Part shown: in pieces, positions 24,583 through 34,277 of the stretch
How positions within the stretch are numbered: position 1 is the stretch's first letter
How the letters are laid out: each line of letters starts with the position of its first letter
Source of the DNA: a virus
IMG/VR virus record: IMGVR_UViG_3300044712_002165
Span: 1 to 64,000 of that record
DNA length: 64,000 nt
Direction: 5' to 3' (one strand)
Made by a program: the position numbers and the translations under genes
Notes under the pieces: model-generated
Told to the model about the DNA's origin: nothing
Seen by the model: the letters and a program-made list of their open reading frames with translations, nothing else
Databases searched by the model: none

Positions 24583-25925
24583 AAAAGAAGCTCAAGTCGT
24601 TTGCTGAGCACCTCAAGGCGAAGCTCGTGGCAGGCCAGCCGAAGTCGGATGGACCCACCTATGAGGTGGCGGACACGTCAGAAGAAATTCTGTCGGAGAT
24701 CAAGTACGTGGTCACCACCGGCCTGCCCCCGTTCGACGAATTGACCGGGGGCTGGCCCTTTGGCCGCGTATGCGAACTGTACGGTCTGGAGGAGTGCGGC
24801 AAGACCGCGATGTGCCTGCGGTCGGCCATTCGGGCGCAGATGCTCCAGATTTGCGAGATCACACGCGAAAATGGTCAGCGTGTATACAAACCTGTCGATC
24901 CTGCAACCTGCGAGATCAACGTTGTTTACATCGACAACGAGCAGTCGATTGACAACGACGCCAAGCTGATTGTAGACGGACAGCGTGCAAACTTCATCGT
25001 CTGTCGTACCGATACCGTGGACCTGATGTTCAAAGTTGTTGACCAGGTTACGGCTACGGCGAAGGAACGCATGGAGGAGCTGGCGGAAGCCGGCATCGAC
25101 AAAAAAGTGTTTACAGTGATCATCGTTGACACCATCACCTCGACCAGCTCCCGCCAGGAGCTGGAGCAGGAATGGGGCAAGGAGGACTACGCTCGGCAGC
25201 CACAGCAGTTGAGTGCCGGCTTCCGTCAGATGGTGCGCGACATCAACCGCTACAACGTGTGCATGATCTGCACCAACCAGACGCGGGACAACTTCAAGGC
25301 ACAGGCGCAGCGCGGACCGCGCTCTTCGACGCCCGTCGAGACCGAGTACACGACCTTTGGTGGCAAGGCCCTTCGGTTTTACAGCTCGCACCGCGTGTTC
25401 ATGTGGAAGAGCGAGATGAAGTACCGGCTGGTGCCTGGTGCCAAGTTCACGGCGGGTTACCTGGTCGGTTTCCGCACAATCAAAAACCGCATGATGAAAC
25501 CCAAGCGTGAAGGGCGCTTGGTCATCATTTTCGATGAGGAACGTGGCGGGTTGCACCCGGAATTCAGCATTCTCGAAACACTGATCTTTTTGGGTTTCGC
25601 TGAAATTGTAAACAAAGAGAAGCAGACCAACTTCGTCTTCAAGTTCAAGTCGAACAAGATCGAGACGACGACGTTTGGTCGTAAGGCTGCATCTCTGGAA
25701 GAGCAGGACGAGGAGCCCCGTGGCAAAGCCGTGCGTGGTCCGAAGGACCCGTCGATCATGACGAGAGCCGAGTGGCCTCGATTCTACGCCGAACACCGCG
25801 AGGATTTCGACAAGCTGTGGGCTGCCGCAATGACGTACGCCCACGCGACCGAAGGGTACGACGGAGAGCCTGCCGTCGTGCTCGATGACGCTGAGTTGGA
25901 AGACGAAACGACGAAAGAGGACTGA
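24579..25925 (+). CDS. uvsX: RecA/UvsX recombinase
   Basis: GGWPFGR.ELYG.EECGKT, YID.E, IVDT, NQ.R, GGKALRFYSS.R, KNR. Confidence 0.92.
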   Translation: MKKKLKSFAEHLKAKLVAGQPKSDGPTYEVADTSEEILSEIKYVVTTGLPPFDELTGGWPFGRVCELYGLEECGKTAMCLRSAIRAQMLQICEITRENGQRVYKPVDPATCEINVVYIDNEQSIDNDAKLIVDGQRANFIVCRTDTVDLMFKVVDQVTATAKERMEELAEAGIDKKVFTVIIVDTITSTSSRQELEQEWGKEDYARQPQQLSAGFRQMVRDINRYNVCMICTNQTRDNFKAQAQRGPRSSTPVETEYTTFGGKALRFYSSHRVFMWKSEMKYRLVPGAKFTAGYLVGFRTIKNRMMKPKREGRLVIIFDEERGGLHPEFSILETLIFLGFAEIVNKEKQTNFVFKFKSNKIETTTFGRKAASLEEQDEEPRGKAVRGPKDPSIMTRAEWPRFYAEHREDFDKLWAAAMTYAHATEGYDGEPAVVLDDAELEDETTKED

Positions 25926-25928
25926 CCT

Positions 25929-26765
25929 ATGGCCGCAGTACAGTACGAAGACGACGCAGAACTGTCCAAGCTGGTTACCCAGCTGATGAAACAGCACCAC
26001 CAACCCCTGATCACCAACAAGGTCAGGATCAAGGCGGTGCTCAAGGTGAAGATGAACGACCAGGACGAGCTGGTCCCTTCGCAATCGGATCGCGTGAAGC
26101 TGTCGCGTGTCAACGCGCTCTACGCTTCGCACGTGAATGCCGATTTCGTGATTACCGTGGATGCGAAGTGGTGGAAGGAAGGTGATGCCCGAACGCGTCA
26201 GCCTGTCCTCAATTTCGCGCTCTGCGGCATCGAGGTCGTCGGCGAGGAAGGCAAGAAGAAGAAGCTGAAAACGCGCCGGCCCGACATCATCGACTACAGC
26301 ATGAACGTGCGCCTGTACGGCGTGTACGAGCAGCCCCTCCAGAACGTGCTGGAGTTCGCCAACGGCGTGTCCGGCGTCGCGGCCGATCACATCGAGGCCA
26401 TCGTCAAGCGCCTGAAGGGTGACGCGACACCCGCCAAGCGCAGCGCGCCTGCACGCGCACAGAGCGCGCCGCCTCCTCCGCCTGTCGCCGAAGCGGACGA
26501 GGAAACGCTGCCAGAAGAGGCCCAGCCGCAGGCTGCGGCAAAGGGAGGCGACGAGGATTACGGCTTCACGCCTGATCCTGTCGAAAGACCGGCCGCTGGC
26601 CAGGAAGATACCGGAGAGGAAGCGCCGCCGGAGCCGGCCGCTGAGGGCGAAGAAGCGCCGCCGGAGCCGGCTGAAGAGCCGGAACCGCCGCGCACACCAC
26701 CACCCAGCCGGCGTCCACCCATCGCGATGCCGTCGCGGCCTAAGCCGCCGACACTTCAGCGCTGA
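25929..26765 (+). CDS. Phage metallopeptidase-like protein, catalytic motif degenerate
   Basis: DFVITVD..WW...R..VLNFALC where HELxH would be expected; acidic Pro-rich tail. Confidence 0.55.
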   Translation: MAAVQYEDDAELSKLVTQLMKQHHQPLITNKVRIKAVLKVKMNDQDELVPSQSDRVKLSRVNALYASHVNADFVITVDAKWWKEGDARTRQPVLNFALCGIEVVGEEGKKKKLKTRRPDIIDYSMNVRLYGVYEQPLQNVLEFANGVSGVAADHIEAIVKRLKGDATPAKRSAPARAQSAPPPPPVAEADEETLPEEAQPQAAAKGGDEDYGFTPDPVERPAAGQEDTGEEAPPEPAAEGEEAPPEPAEEPEPPRTPPPSRRPPIAMPSRPKPPTLQR

Positions 26766-26815
26766 TTCTGTTTGCGAAAGCTCACCAGTAACGTATACAC
26801 AACTACCCCAACGCA

Positions 26816-27583
26816 ATGAGTCTTACATCCCGAGATTTTGGAAAGGTGCAGAAGGCTGCGGAGAAGGACAACTTTCTGTCCAACCGCCTCAGTGAACGGA
26901 TGATCAAGGTCTACAAACCCACAGGCGAGGTCGTGGAGTTTTCCGAGACCGTGGTCGCCATCGCGAATTACCTGGTCAGCCAGGGATTCGATCCCAAGAC
27001 CGCTCCGGCTGGCGTCATCCAGTCGAGTGGCTTCAGTTTGGTCAACAACCAGGTCACCAACGGCAAGCGATTCTACCCGGAGGAAGACGAGATTCGTCCG
27101 GCCAAGAGTGCTGGCAGCCCCGACTCCAACGGTGCGAGCGCTGCGGATTCCGAGCCCAAGGGACGTGGACGACGCAAGGGAGCCGGTCGGCGCGGGCGTA
27201 AACCGGCGGCTGAGTCCAACGGGGAACCCGAACCGTCCGAGCCGCGGCGCGGCCGAGGCCGTCCACGCCGCGTTGAAGTCGCTGCCCCTGCACTCACTGC
27301 CCCGCGGCGCGGACGGCGCGCAGCCACTGCGGAAGCGAAACCGGCACGTCGCGGTCGCGGACGCAGTTCTTCTGTGGTGGAGTACAGCGTGCCCATGTGG
27401 ATGGGTGTCGTCTCGAACTGCGTCGTGATCCGTGAGCTGTTGCAGCGCCACGACAAGACGCCACGACAGGCCGAGCGCCTCGCTCACCTGGATGCACTGC
27501 TGACTTCCATCACGAATGAAAAGGAAAGCGGCAGCCTCCAGTTCCCCGTCCAAAGCCCCGAAGAAGCGGGCACGCCGGGCTAA
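26816..27583 (+). CDS. Basic DNA-binding protein with AT-hook-like motif
   Basis: RRGRGRPRR and RGR repeats. Confidence 0.65.
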   Translation: MSLTSRDFGKVQKAAEKDNFLSNRLSERMIKVYKPTGEVVEFSETVVAIANYLVSQGFDPKTAPAGVIQSSGFSLVNNQVTNGKRFYPEEDEIRPAKSAGSPDSNGASAADSEPKGRGRRKGAGRRGRKPAAESNGEPEPSEPRRGRGRPRRVEVAAPALTAPRRGRRAATAEAKPARRGRGRSSSVVEYSVPMWMGVVSNCVVIRELLQRHDKTPRQAERLAHLDALLTSITNEKESGSLQFPVQSPEEAGTPG

Positions 27584-28574
27584 GGGCGAGTCTCCAGGCA
27601 ACGAACACATCTTTCCCGCATCGCTTCTCACGCCTCTGGCGATCAAATGGAAAGAGCTGAATGCTGCCGGTCGGCACAAAGAGGCGATGGAGGTGCTCGA
27701 ACGTATCGTCGAGGGATCGACGCCCATGTTCGAGCGCCTCGCTCAGTACGAAGACTTCCACTACACGGTTGATCTTCCTATTCTGGTCTCCGCAGCTCAG
27801 GAGAAAATGGTCAAATGGCTCTTGCGTTGGCAACCGCGCAAGGGCCGTTTGTTTTCCTGGCTGTCTACGTGCGCCAAGAACGCGTTCCGCAGCGAGCTGG
27901 TCAAGGTCAACCAGTACCGTAAACGCTTCCACGTCACGGGCGACAACCTGGAGAAGTTCCACGGGATTGAGGATCACGAGGTCGATAAGCGCGATCTGGC
28001 GGCAGATGTGCGCGGCAGCATCCACGAGATGGTCTGCCGATGGGGTGATCCTCAAGAGATCGGGGCGATTCGGTACCTCATCGAGTGCATCATCGACGAC
28101 GAGCACGACAAGCAGGCCAGTATACGCGGAGCTGCGTACGCTTACGGCATCAGTCCTGAATTTGCTCGCTTCTTCTACGACTGGGCAGTCTCTGAGCTGC
28201 GACACCGCCTGTACGAAAAGGTCTACATTCCGTTCACCGAGGAGGACCTTTTCCGAGCTGTACACAGTCACGACCCCATTTTGGCGCTGGCGGACATGAT
28301 TCCGTGGCCAATGATGAAGAAAGCGATTGTCGTCTTGCAGGGGAAGCGTATAAAGATTCCACTCGTCTCATCGCTCACAAAAGCCCGTGCCGACTACGCT
28401 CTTCACCGTGAAATCAGCAACAGCGACCTCGACCCAGACACGGTTGCTGAAATAGCTCGAAAGCACAAGAAGACGGCGCGTTCAGCTTCCGAGATTTTCG
28501 AGGAGATGTCCGAAACACTGCACCCGAAGCGGTATGGAGAACATGACATCTACGGTTCCGACGATACCATCTAG
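27516..28574 (+). CDS. Phage RNA polymerase sigma-like factor 1
   Basis: Region 2-like W.P.KGRLFSWLSTCAKNAFRS. Confidence 0.7.
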   Translation: MKRKAAASSSPSKAPKKRARRAKGESPGNEHIFPASLLTPLAIKWKELNAAGRHKEAMEVLERIVEGSTPMFERLAQYEDFHYTVDLPILVSAAQEKMVKWLLRWQPRKGRLFSWLSTCAKNAFRSELVKVNQYRKRFHVTGDNLEKFHGIEDHEVDKRDLAADVRGSIHEMVCRWGDPQEIGAIRYLIECIIDDEHDKQASIRGAAYAYGISPEFARFFYDWAVSELRHRLYEKVYIPFTEEDLFRAVHSHDPILALADMIPWPMMKKAIVVLQGKRIKIPLVSSLTKARADYALHREISNSDLDPDTVAEIARKHKKTARSASEIFEEMSETLHPKRYGEHDIYGSDDTI

Positions 28575-30018
28575 CGACATCGGTTTTGCTCGTGCTGTCA
28601 TTCGCGAGTTTCTGCTCAGTCTTCCGGACGTATACAGCCACCCGTCGGTTCGGCCACCGGTCCTGGAGGAGATGCAGGCCGACATCGACAGGTTGATCCT
28701 CAGCCTGTCGCACCAGTACAGCGATCAGACGTGCATGGCGCTGCACGTCGATGAACTGGTCTCCGAGGGTAACCTGAAGCTGGCCCAGCTCATCCACAAG
28801 GGAGAGCTGAATCGCCAGGTGAATCGGACCAACTTCTTCCGATTCTTCAAAACCGCGGTCGCCAACCATTTTCGCAGTCTGGTTCAGCGCCATCGGTTCA
28901 CCTACAAGCGTACCGGGCAGAAGCCGCCTCCCCGTCAGCGTCAGAATGAGCTGGTGCGCGCCGATCACGCTGAGGTTGACATGGGCTACCGAAAGCAGGT
29001 CGAGGTGTCACTGGACGACGAGGAGTCCGGCATCCAGGCCGCGGATCAGCACGAAGCTCAAAGCGAAGAAGCGGAAATGCGTGAGGATTTTGAGTCCGTC
29101 CTCACGCCCGTCGAGCGTTTGGTATTCCGTCAACTGGTTGAGCCTGACGAAATAGCTCGCTGCTTGGCAGTCCTCGACGCACAGATCAAACGTAAACCCG
29201 GTTCCATTCGGATCGACATCAAGCACGAGCACATGGCTGAAGCGCTCGGCGTAACCGAGCAGTTTTTCGACGAAACTGTTCTACGGATCAGAGAGAAGAT
29301 TTCCAAGCGCATGGCCATGACACAAAAAGATCACGCGGATGCGGCACGTCGGAACATGCTGATACAACAGCTGTCCTGCGTTTTCGGAGTGCAGGTCCCG
29401 CCCAACCTCGACGAGATCGTCGTCAAGCGCTTGTTTACGATTGCCGCACGCGATCAGTACGCGAAGGTGAACACCCAGGTGCGCGATCTGCTCACCGAGT
29501 TGGGTGCCAGCGTACCGCAGCCGCACGGAGACGGACTGGCCTGCTACGGCATCCTCTACAAGCGCAACGACCGTCGGTGCATGGTCTGTGATTTGCGACA
29601 GGCGTGCGCCGTGGAAGCTGCCAATGTCGGTCTGGGGAGCAAGATCACCATCAGTCCAAAGCTGCTGGGCAGTCGAAACACGCGGTATCCCACCGTGCTG
29701 CCTTCCGAGGGCGGCAAGGCCCAGTCGCTTGATGCGGAATCGTTCGACGTGGTTGCCTACCTCGACGAGATGTTCACCCGCTACAACAAGGATGGGTTCA
29801 TCTACTACCTGGAGAAGGCGACCAACAGTCGGCGACCGCTCTTCTGCCTGGAGCGAACCAACCCGGTTCGTCTACGATTTTGCAACCCGTCGGTCAGTCT
29901 GACGCAGAAGCTGATCGGTAAACCCAAGGCGTGGTACCCTCCGGATGATCTCGATTCGCGCACGCTATTTCGCCTGATCGAGGAACACGCCGAAGAAATG
30001 TTCGCCCGCAATGCCTGA
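28534..30018 (+). CDS. Phage RNA polymerase sigma-like factor 2
   Basis: DELVSEG.LKL...FF.FFKTAV.NHF (region 2), VSLD, LTP.ER.VF...MAEALGV (region 4), extra Cys-containing domain. Confidence 0.75.
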   Translation: MENMTSTVPTIPSSDIGFARAVIREFLLSLPDVYSHPSVRPPVLEEMQADIDRLILSLSHQYSDQTCMALHVDELVSEGNLKLAQLIHKGELNRQVNRTNFFRFFKTAVANHFRSLVQRHRFTYKRTGQKPPPRQRQNELVRADHAEVDMGYRKQVEVSLDDEESGIQAADQHEAQSEEAEMREDFESVLTPVERLVFRQLVEPDEIARCLAVLDAQIKRKPGSIRIDIKHEHMAEALGVTEQFFDETVLRIREKISKRMAMTQKDHADAARRNMLIQQLSCVFGVQVPPNLDEIVVKRLFTIAARDQYAKVNTQVRDLLTELGASVPQPHGDGLACYGILYKRNDRRCMVCDLRQACAVEAANVGLGSKITISPKLLGSRNTRYPTVLPSEGGKAQSLDAESFDVVAYLDEMFTRYNKDGFIYYLEKATNSRRPLFCLERTNPVRLRFCNPSVSLTQKLIGKPKAWYPPDDLDSRTLFRLIEEHAEEMFARNA

Positions 30019-30373
30019 CGACAACCAAAAGCCGGCACAGCCAAAAGTGCCGCAGCCAGCGATGACGCGGTTCGAGGCTCAGCGAAAGCTCGGGCTGTTT
30101 GGTCCGCACGATTACGTGACGCTCTTTTTGATCGTCAGCAGTCTCGTGACGCTCTTTTTCTGGTGGCTGTTCGGAGAGCCCTCGGCCGTCAGGGTCCTTG
30201 CGGTGCTTGCCGGCATCGTGATCCTGATGCTGTTTTGGATCGTTGTGCTCTGCTACCGCATCTTGGTCTTCCTCCTGGACATCCAGGCGGACATCAATCT
30301 GATGCCAGAGACGGCAGCACGCATCGTCCGTGGCTACCAAATGGCCGCAGCCTCAGCGCCTCGCCAAGGCTGA
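30011..30373 (+). CDS. Membrane protein (two TM segments)
   Basis: Two long hydrophobic stretches. Confidence 0.75.
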   Translation: MPDDNQKPAQPKVPQPAMTRFEAQRKLGLFGPHDYVTLFLIVSSLVTLFFWWLFGEPSAVRVLAVLAGIVILMLFWIVVLCYRILVFLLDIQADINLMPETAARIVRGYQMAAASAPRQG

Positions 30374-30672
30374 TGTCGAACGCGTACACCAGGGCTGATC
30401 TGATCGCTGCGGTCAGCGAGACCACCAAGCTTCCTCCGGAGCAAGTCCGTGAAGTCGTTGAGGAGGCTCTTGTGCAGGTCAGTCTCCAGTTGATTGCCGG
30501 TCGGCGCGTCGAATTCCGAGGCTTCGGTGTCTTCGAGCCTGTGACGCGGAAAGCGAAAGTAGGGCGTAATCCGAGACGACCGCAGGCTGGTGACTACATT
30601 ATTCCTGCCAAGAGGACCGTCAAATTCCGTCCGGGCAAGGACCTTGGCCTGGAAATGAATCCGTCAGAGTGA
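30373..30672 (+). CDS. HU/IHF family DNA-binding protein
   Basis: VEFRGFGVF..RKAKVGRNP...IPAK..VKFRPGK. Confidence 0.95.
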   Translation: MSNAYTRADLIAAVSETTKLPPEQVREVVEEALVQVSLQLIAGRRVEFRGFGVFEPVTRKAKVGRNPRRPQAGDYIIPAKRTVKFRPGKDLGLEMNPSE

Positions 30673-31725
30673 TTTTGTATACGGTTCAACGTGGATCACG
30701 TTGTCCGGGCGCTTGCCGTGCGCGAAAAGGTACAGGACGTAGCCGCCCCAGCCTGATCCGAGGTACTTCTTCGCGATGGCGTGCGGCATGTCTGGAATAG
30801 TATCCATGCCTTCCGCCAGCTGGCAGCGGTAAGACATGTCAATGGCATCTACGATGTGACCGATGCTGTTGTTGCGCACGCCTGTAAACGCTACTTCAGC
30901 GGCCTTCTCGATCAGCTTGAAGTTTCTGGGCTTGTTTACGAGTTGAGGCGTGGAGTGCGGCCTTCCTGTCCAGGCGATGCCCATGAGTCCGTTCAGAAAA
31001 CGTCCGCTTGTCTTCATCTCCAGGATCGGCTTTGACCCAGAATTCCAGACGCACAGGCCAGTCTCGTTGATGACGGCCGGGTCCTGCCAGCCGACACCCG
31101 CGTCGAGTTCGGACTGGAGCGCGTTTTGACCCAGGAGCAGGCGGTATGCGGCCGATCCGCCGAGCCCACCTCCCACTTCGTATGGCCAGTCGCTCAGGCT
31201 CACGAGAGGGCTGACAGCGCAGTTGACCACGTGCGCACCGTGAACAGCGAACTTCGGGACATCCAGCCAGCCGCCGGCAAAATCAACGCGCAACGGCACG
31301 CGTTCAGGAGCACGCATGTACCTGGCGATTTCGGTGCTGCTGATCTGAGCGAATCCGAGCGTCTTGGGCAGTTTGACGTACTGCGCCCCGATCTCGTCGC
31401 ACAAGGCGCGCTTTTCTTTCTCGTAAAGATCGTCTTCGGTCACGGCGAGAATGTCCGGGCGAAGAGCGAGGAACTGTGATTTGAAGTTGAGACCTTCCTC
31501 TTCGTCCCTTCCGACGACAACTTTGTCTACGACGCCGAGCGCTTGCAGGATGTGAACCCTGTGATCGACGTTTAGAGCTGGTCTACGGTGTTTGTGCGCA
31601 GCCAGGACGGTATCGGTTGGAACGCAGACGATCAGGAAATTGCCAAGGGCTTTGGCTGCGGTCAGGAACTCAACGTGACCGCCGTGTAGAATGTCGTAGC
31701 AGCCGGACACGAAGACTGTTTTCAT
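30664..31725 (-). CDS. Cytidylyltransferase-family domain fused to GHMP sugar-kinase-like domain
   Basis: SGCYDILHGGH...ISST; PLRVDFAGGWLD, GGLGGS, GWQD, GSGWGGY. Confidence 0.88.
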   Translation of the reverse strand: MKTVFVSGCYDILHGGHVEFLTAAKALGNFLIVCVPTDTVLAAHKHRRPALNVDHRVHILQALGVVDKVVVGRDEEEGLNFKSQFLALRPDILAVTEDDLYEKEKRALCDEIGAQYVKLPKTLGFAQISSTEIARYMRAPERVPLRVDFAGGWLDVPKFAVHGAHVVNCAVSPLVSLSDWPYEVGGGLGGSAAYRLLLGQNALQSELDAGVGWQDPAVINETGLCVWNSGSKPILEMKTSGRFLNGLMGIAWTGRPHSTPQLVNKPRNFKLIEKAAEVAFTGVRNNSIGHIVDAIDMSYRCQLAEGMDTIPDMPHAIAKKYLGSGWGGYVLYLFAHGKRPDNVIHVEPYTKSL

Positions 31726-31740
31726 GTTCTGTAGAACCGT

Positions 31741-32640
31741 ATGAAGATCGCTATCGCCGTGCTGACCTACCGTCGGTCCGAGACCGTCCAGACCATGCTG
31801 CGCGGCCTTGGAGAGCACTGTTCTCAGTACCCAATCGCTGTTTTTGAGGACTGCGGACAGCGCGATGATACCTCACGTGTGCTCGAAAAAGGGCGTGAAA
31901 GCCATTTTCGGCCGGAGTACCTGGCCTACGAGTACAAGGCGGCAGAGGGCGCTAACTTTCCGTTTACAAAAGTGTTCATGGGCGAGCGCAACCTCGGCGT
32001 CGCTGGCAACTCCAACCGTGCAATCCACTGGTTCATGACGGAGACCGATGCCGATTACCTGTGCCTCTGCAACGACGATCTCCACGTCCTGGGCGATTTC
32101 GCCAAATTCTACGCCGAGGCGTCGAAGGCTCTCGGCGTCGAGCACTTCTGCTTCTGCGATTTCACCCACCATCCGTCGTACAAGTGGACGACGTACAACG
32201 TGCGCGGGTATCCGGTGAAGTTCATGCCCAGGTTCACCGGCATCATGCTCATGTTTACAAGACCGCTGCTGGAACGCGTCGGCTATTTCGACGCTCAGTT
32301 CACGCAGTTTGGTGAGGAGCACTGCGACATGACCATTCGGTGCCGGTTTGCCGGCGGGATCAAACTCGAAGGCCGCGACATGAACTGTCTCGACATCGAG
32401 CACCAGCTTTTGAAGCACCAGGAGTGCGGGACAAGCGTGACCGGTCACGACCGTCAACGTGCCGACCAGGAGGCCAGTGCGATCATGCGCCAGTGTTCCC
32501 AGGACTACGGTTGGCGGCACTACCACCGCCCGTACCGGCTGATTCTGCCCAAGATGGCGGGCGGCTACAGCGGTGGCGGCATCTCGGTGGCCAACCTCCT
32601 GGACTGCGGCTACAAACTGGTCGCCGACCTCGCCGGGTAA
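31741..32640 (+). CDS. Glycosyltransferase family 2
   Basis: IAVLTY.R, EDCG, NLGVAGN.N, NDD, VGYFD..F..GEEH.D. Confidence 0.88.
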   Translation: MKIAIAVLTYRRSETVQTMLRGLGEHCSQYPIAVFEDCGQRDDTSRVLEKGRESHFRPEYLAYEYKAAEGANFPFTKVFMGERNLGVAGNSNRAIHWFMTETDADYLCLCNDDLHVLGDFAKFYAEASKALGVEHFCFCDFTHHPSYKWTTYNVRGYPVKFMPRFTGIMLMFTRPLLERVGYFDAQFTQFGEEHCDMTIRCRFAGGIKLEGRDMNCLDIEHQLLKHQECGTSVTGHDRQRADQEASAIMRQCSQDYGWRHYHRPYRLILPKMAGGYSGGGISVANLLDCGYKLVADLAG

Positions 32641-32650
32641 GTAGGTTGCC

Positions 32651-33166
32651 ATGCGTACAACCACGGTCAGGCGCGTCTTGGGGGAATCCGGGAAAGAGCC
32701 AGCACAGCGCGTTCAGCGAACGTCGCTGCTTCGTGTGCTGGGGGAGGACGCGCATGGCGAAGTCGCGGATTTCGATCCCAGACACGATGACTCAGAGCCA
32801 CCGGCTCCGCCTGTACCGAATAAGCCTGGCGATGGGGACTTCAGTTCCTACGCGGATGTCGAGCAGGCCGAAGCTGACGCTGAACTTGGCCAGGAGGGCG
32901 TTTCCTCGGCGCTCAGCACGGCAGTGTCGATGTGGAAAAGCGGCAGCAAGTACGACGTGGCCGACTACCTGCTCAAGAGCGATTTTCTGTACACGGATTT
33001 CGTCCGCATGATCCGCATGCTTCCTGCCGATGAGGCTATCGAGCTGGGAAGCTTGCTCGACGAGCTGGCTCCGCCGGCTCCTACCGGCGCTACGCCGGAA
33101 GATTTGGTTTCTGCGGTGACAGGCACGTCGCCCAGCACCGGCAAACCTGAAGCTCCTGCGCCATGA
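32651..33166 (+). CDS. Acidic head-module protein
   Basis: Upstream of protease; repeated RVLGE motifs. Confidence 0.7.
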   Translation: MRTTTVRRVLGESGKEPAQRVQRTSLLRVLGEDAHGEVADFDPRHDDSEPPAPPVPNKPGDGDFSSYADVEQAEADAELGQEGVSSALSTAVSMWKSGSKYDVADYLLKSDFLYTDFVRMIRMLPADEAIELGSLLDELAPPAPTGATPEDLVSAVTGTSPSTGKPEAPAP

Positions 33167-33882
33167 ATCCTCTCGTCTCTCGTGTCCTTGGTTCGTCCGA
33201 CGCGCCGGCACCGGTCAGCGAAAGCCGGTCAGCGCCAGTTCGTGAAGATGTCCCGGTGCCGTGCGCAGTCCTCCCAAGGACGACCTTTCGGGATCGGCTC
33301 AAGAAACGGCGCACGGAGGTGGCCAGGGTGGTTGGAGAGTCGAAAGCCCCTGAAGACGCGCTTATCCCGGACAACGCAGAGGACTATGAAGGGGGCGGAC
33401 AGCCCTACGAGAAGCAGCAGAAACCGGTGAAGGACGTGGTCATGGAACCACGCGATCCGTACGCCGACAAGGAAAAACTAATGACGCCGAGCGCGGCCTT
33501 GGTTGCGCCCGACGTGACGCCAGAGGCCGAGCAGCCGATTGACCCTGCCAAGGTCCCCAATACCGGCGGTGGCGTGCGCTTTCGTGCTTCCGACGCTGAG
33601 CGCGAGCCGGCTGCGCCGAATCAGCCCCTGGCCAAGCGCGCCATGGACACGCTCTTGGGCCGTCCTTCTGGGCCGTCGCAGCAGGCTGAGCCGGATGCCG
33701 TGGTCACGGCCGAGTCCGCGTACGGCCTGCTGGGGATCAAGAGCCCGGATCAGCTGCACCTGGAGGAGCGGTCAGGAGCGGTCAGCGGCGAAGCTGCGCT
33801 ACGACAGGGTACGCCCATGCCCGAGCACAAAAACGGGGACGGTCAGGCCGTCCTATCCGCGTTCCGACGCTTTGTGGGATGA
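33163..33882 (+). CDS. Head-module protein (possible prohead core)
   Basis: RVLGS/RVVGES motifs; ATGA-coupled to previous gene. Confidence 0.7.
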   Translation: MNPLVSRVLGSSDAPAPVSESRSAPVREDVPVPCAVLPRTTFRDRLKKRRTEVARVVGESKAPEDALIPDNAEDYEGGGQPYEKQQKPVKDVVMEPRDPYADKEKLMTPSAALVAPDVTPEAEQPIDPAKVPNTGGGVRFRASDAEREPAAPNQPLAKRAMDTLLGRPSGPSQQAEPDAVVTAESAYGLLGIKSPDQLHLEERSGAVSGEAALRQGTPMPEHKNGDGQAVLSAFRRFVG

Positions 33883-34160
33883 GGAACCAGGCCGCATCGG
33901 TCTCAACGGGCGCGTCCATGACCGTGCTGGTGACGCGAGAACCGTTTTCAGACTACTTCGTCATCCAGCTGGAAAGTGGGCAGTCTGAAGAGCTGGAACC
34001 AGAGGAAGCCAGGACCTGGTTTGCAGAGCACGGGGCCAATATGGACGCCGTGGAGAAGTGTCTGGACCATGTCTGGAACTTCCGGCAGGCGTCAATAACG
34101 ATTACAGATTTTCGGTTGCCGAAGTACAAGCTTCACGCGCACGCACCCCAGCTGGACTGA
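33879..34160 (+). CDS. Hypothetical protein
   Basis: ATGA-coupled ORF. Confidence 0.6.
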   Translation: MRNQAASVSTGASMTVLVTREPFSDYFVIQLESGQSEELEPEEARTWFAEHGANMDAVEKCLDHVWNFRQASITITDFRLPKYKLHAHAPQLD

Positions 34161-34277
34161 GCTTTCTGCGCGCAAACTTGATTTGAAAATCAAGTCTCTT
34201 AGGTGCGTTTTCGTATTCACTTCACTCGCCAGGTAGTCATTTAGCGTGCTTAGGCAGCGGGAGTTTCCCCGTTCCAC

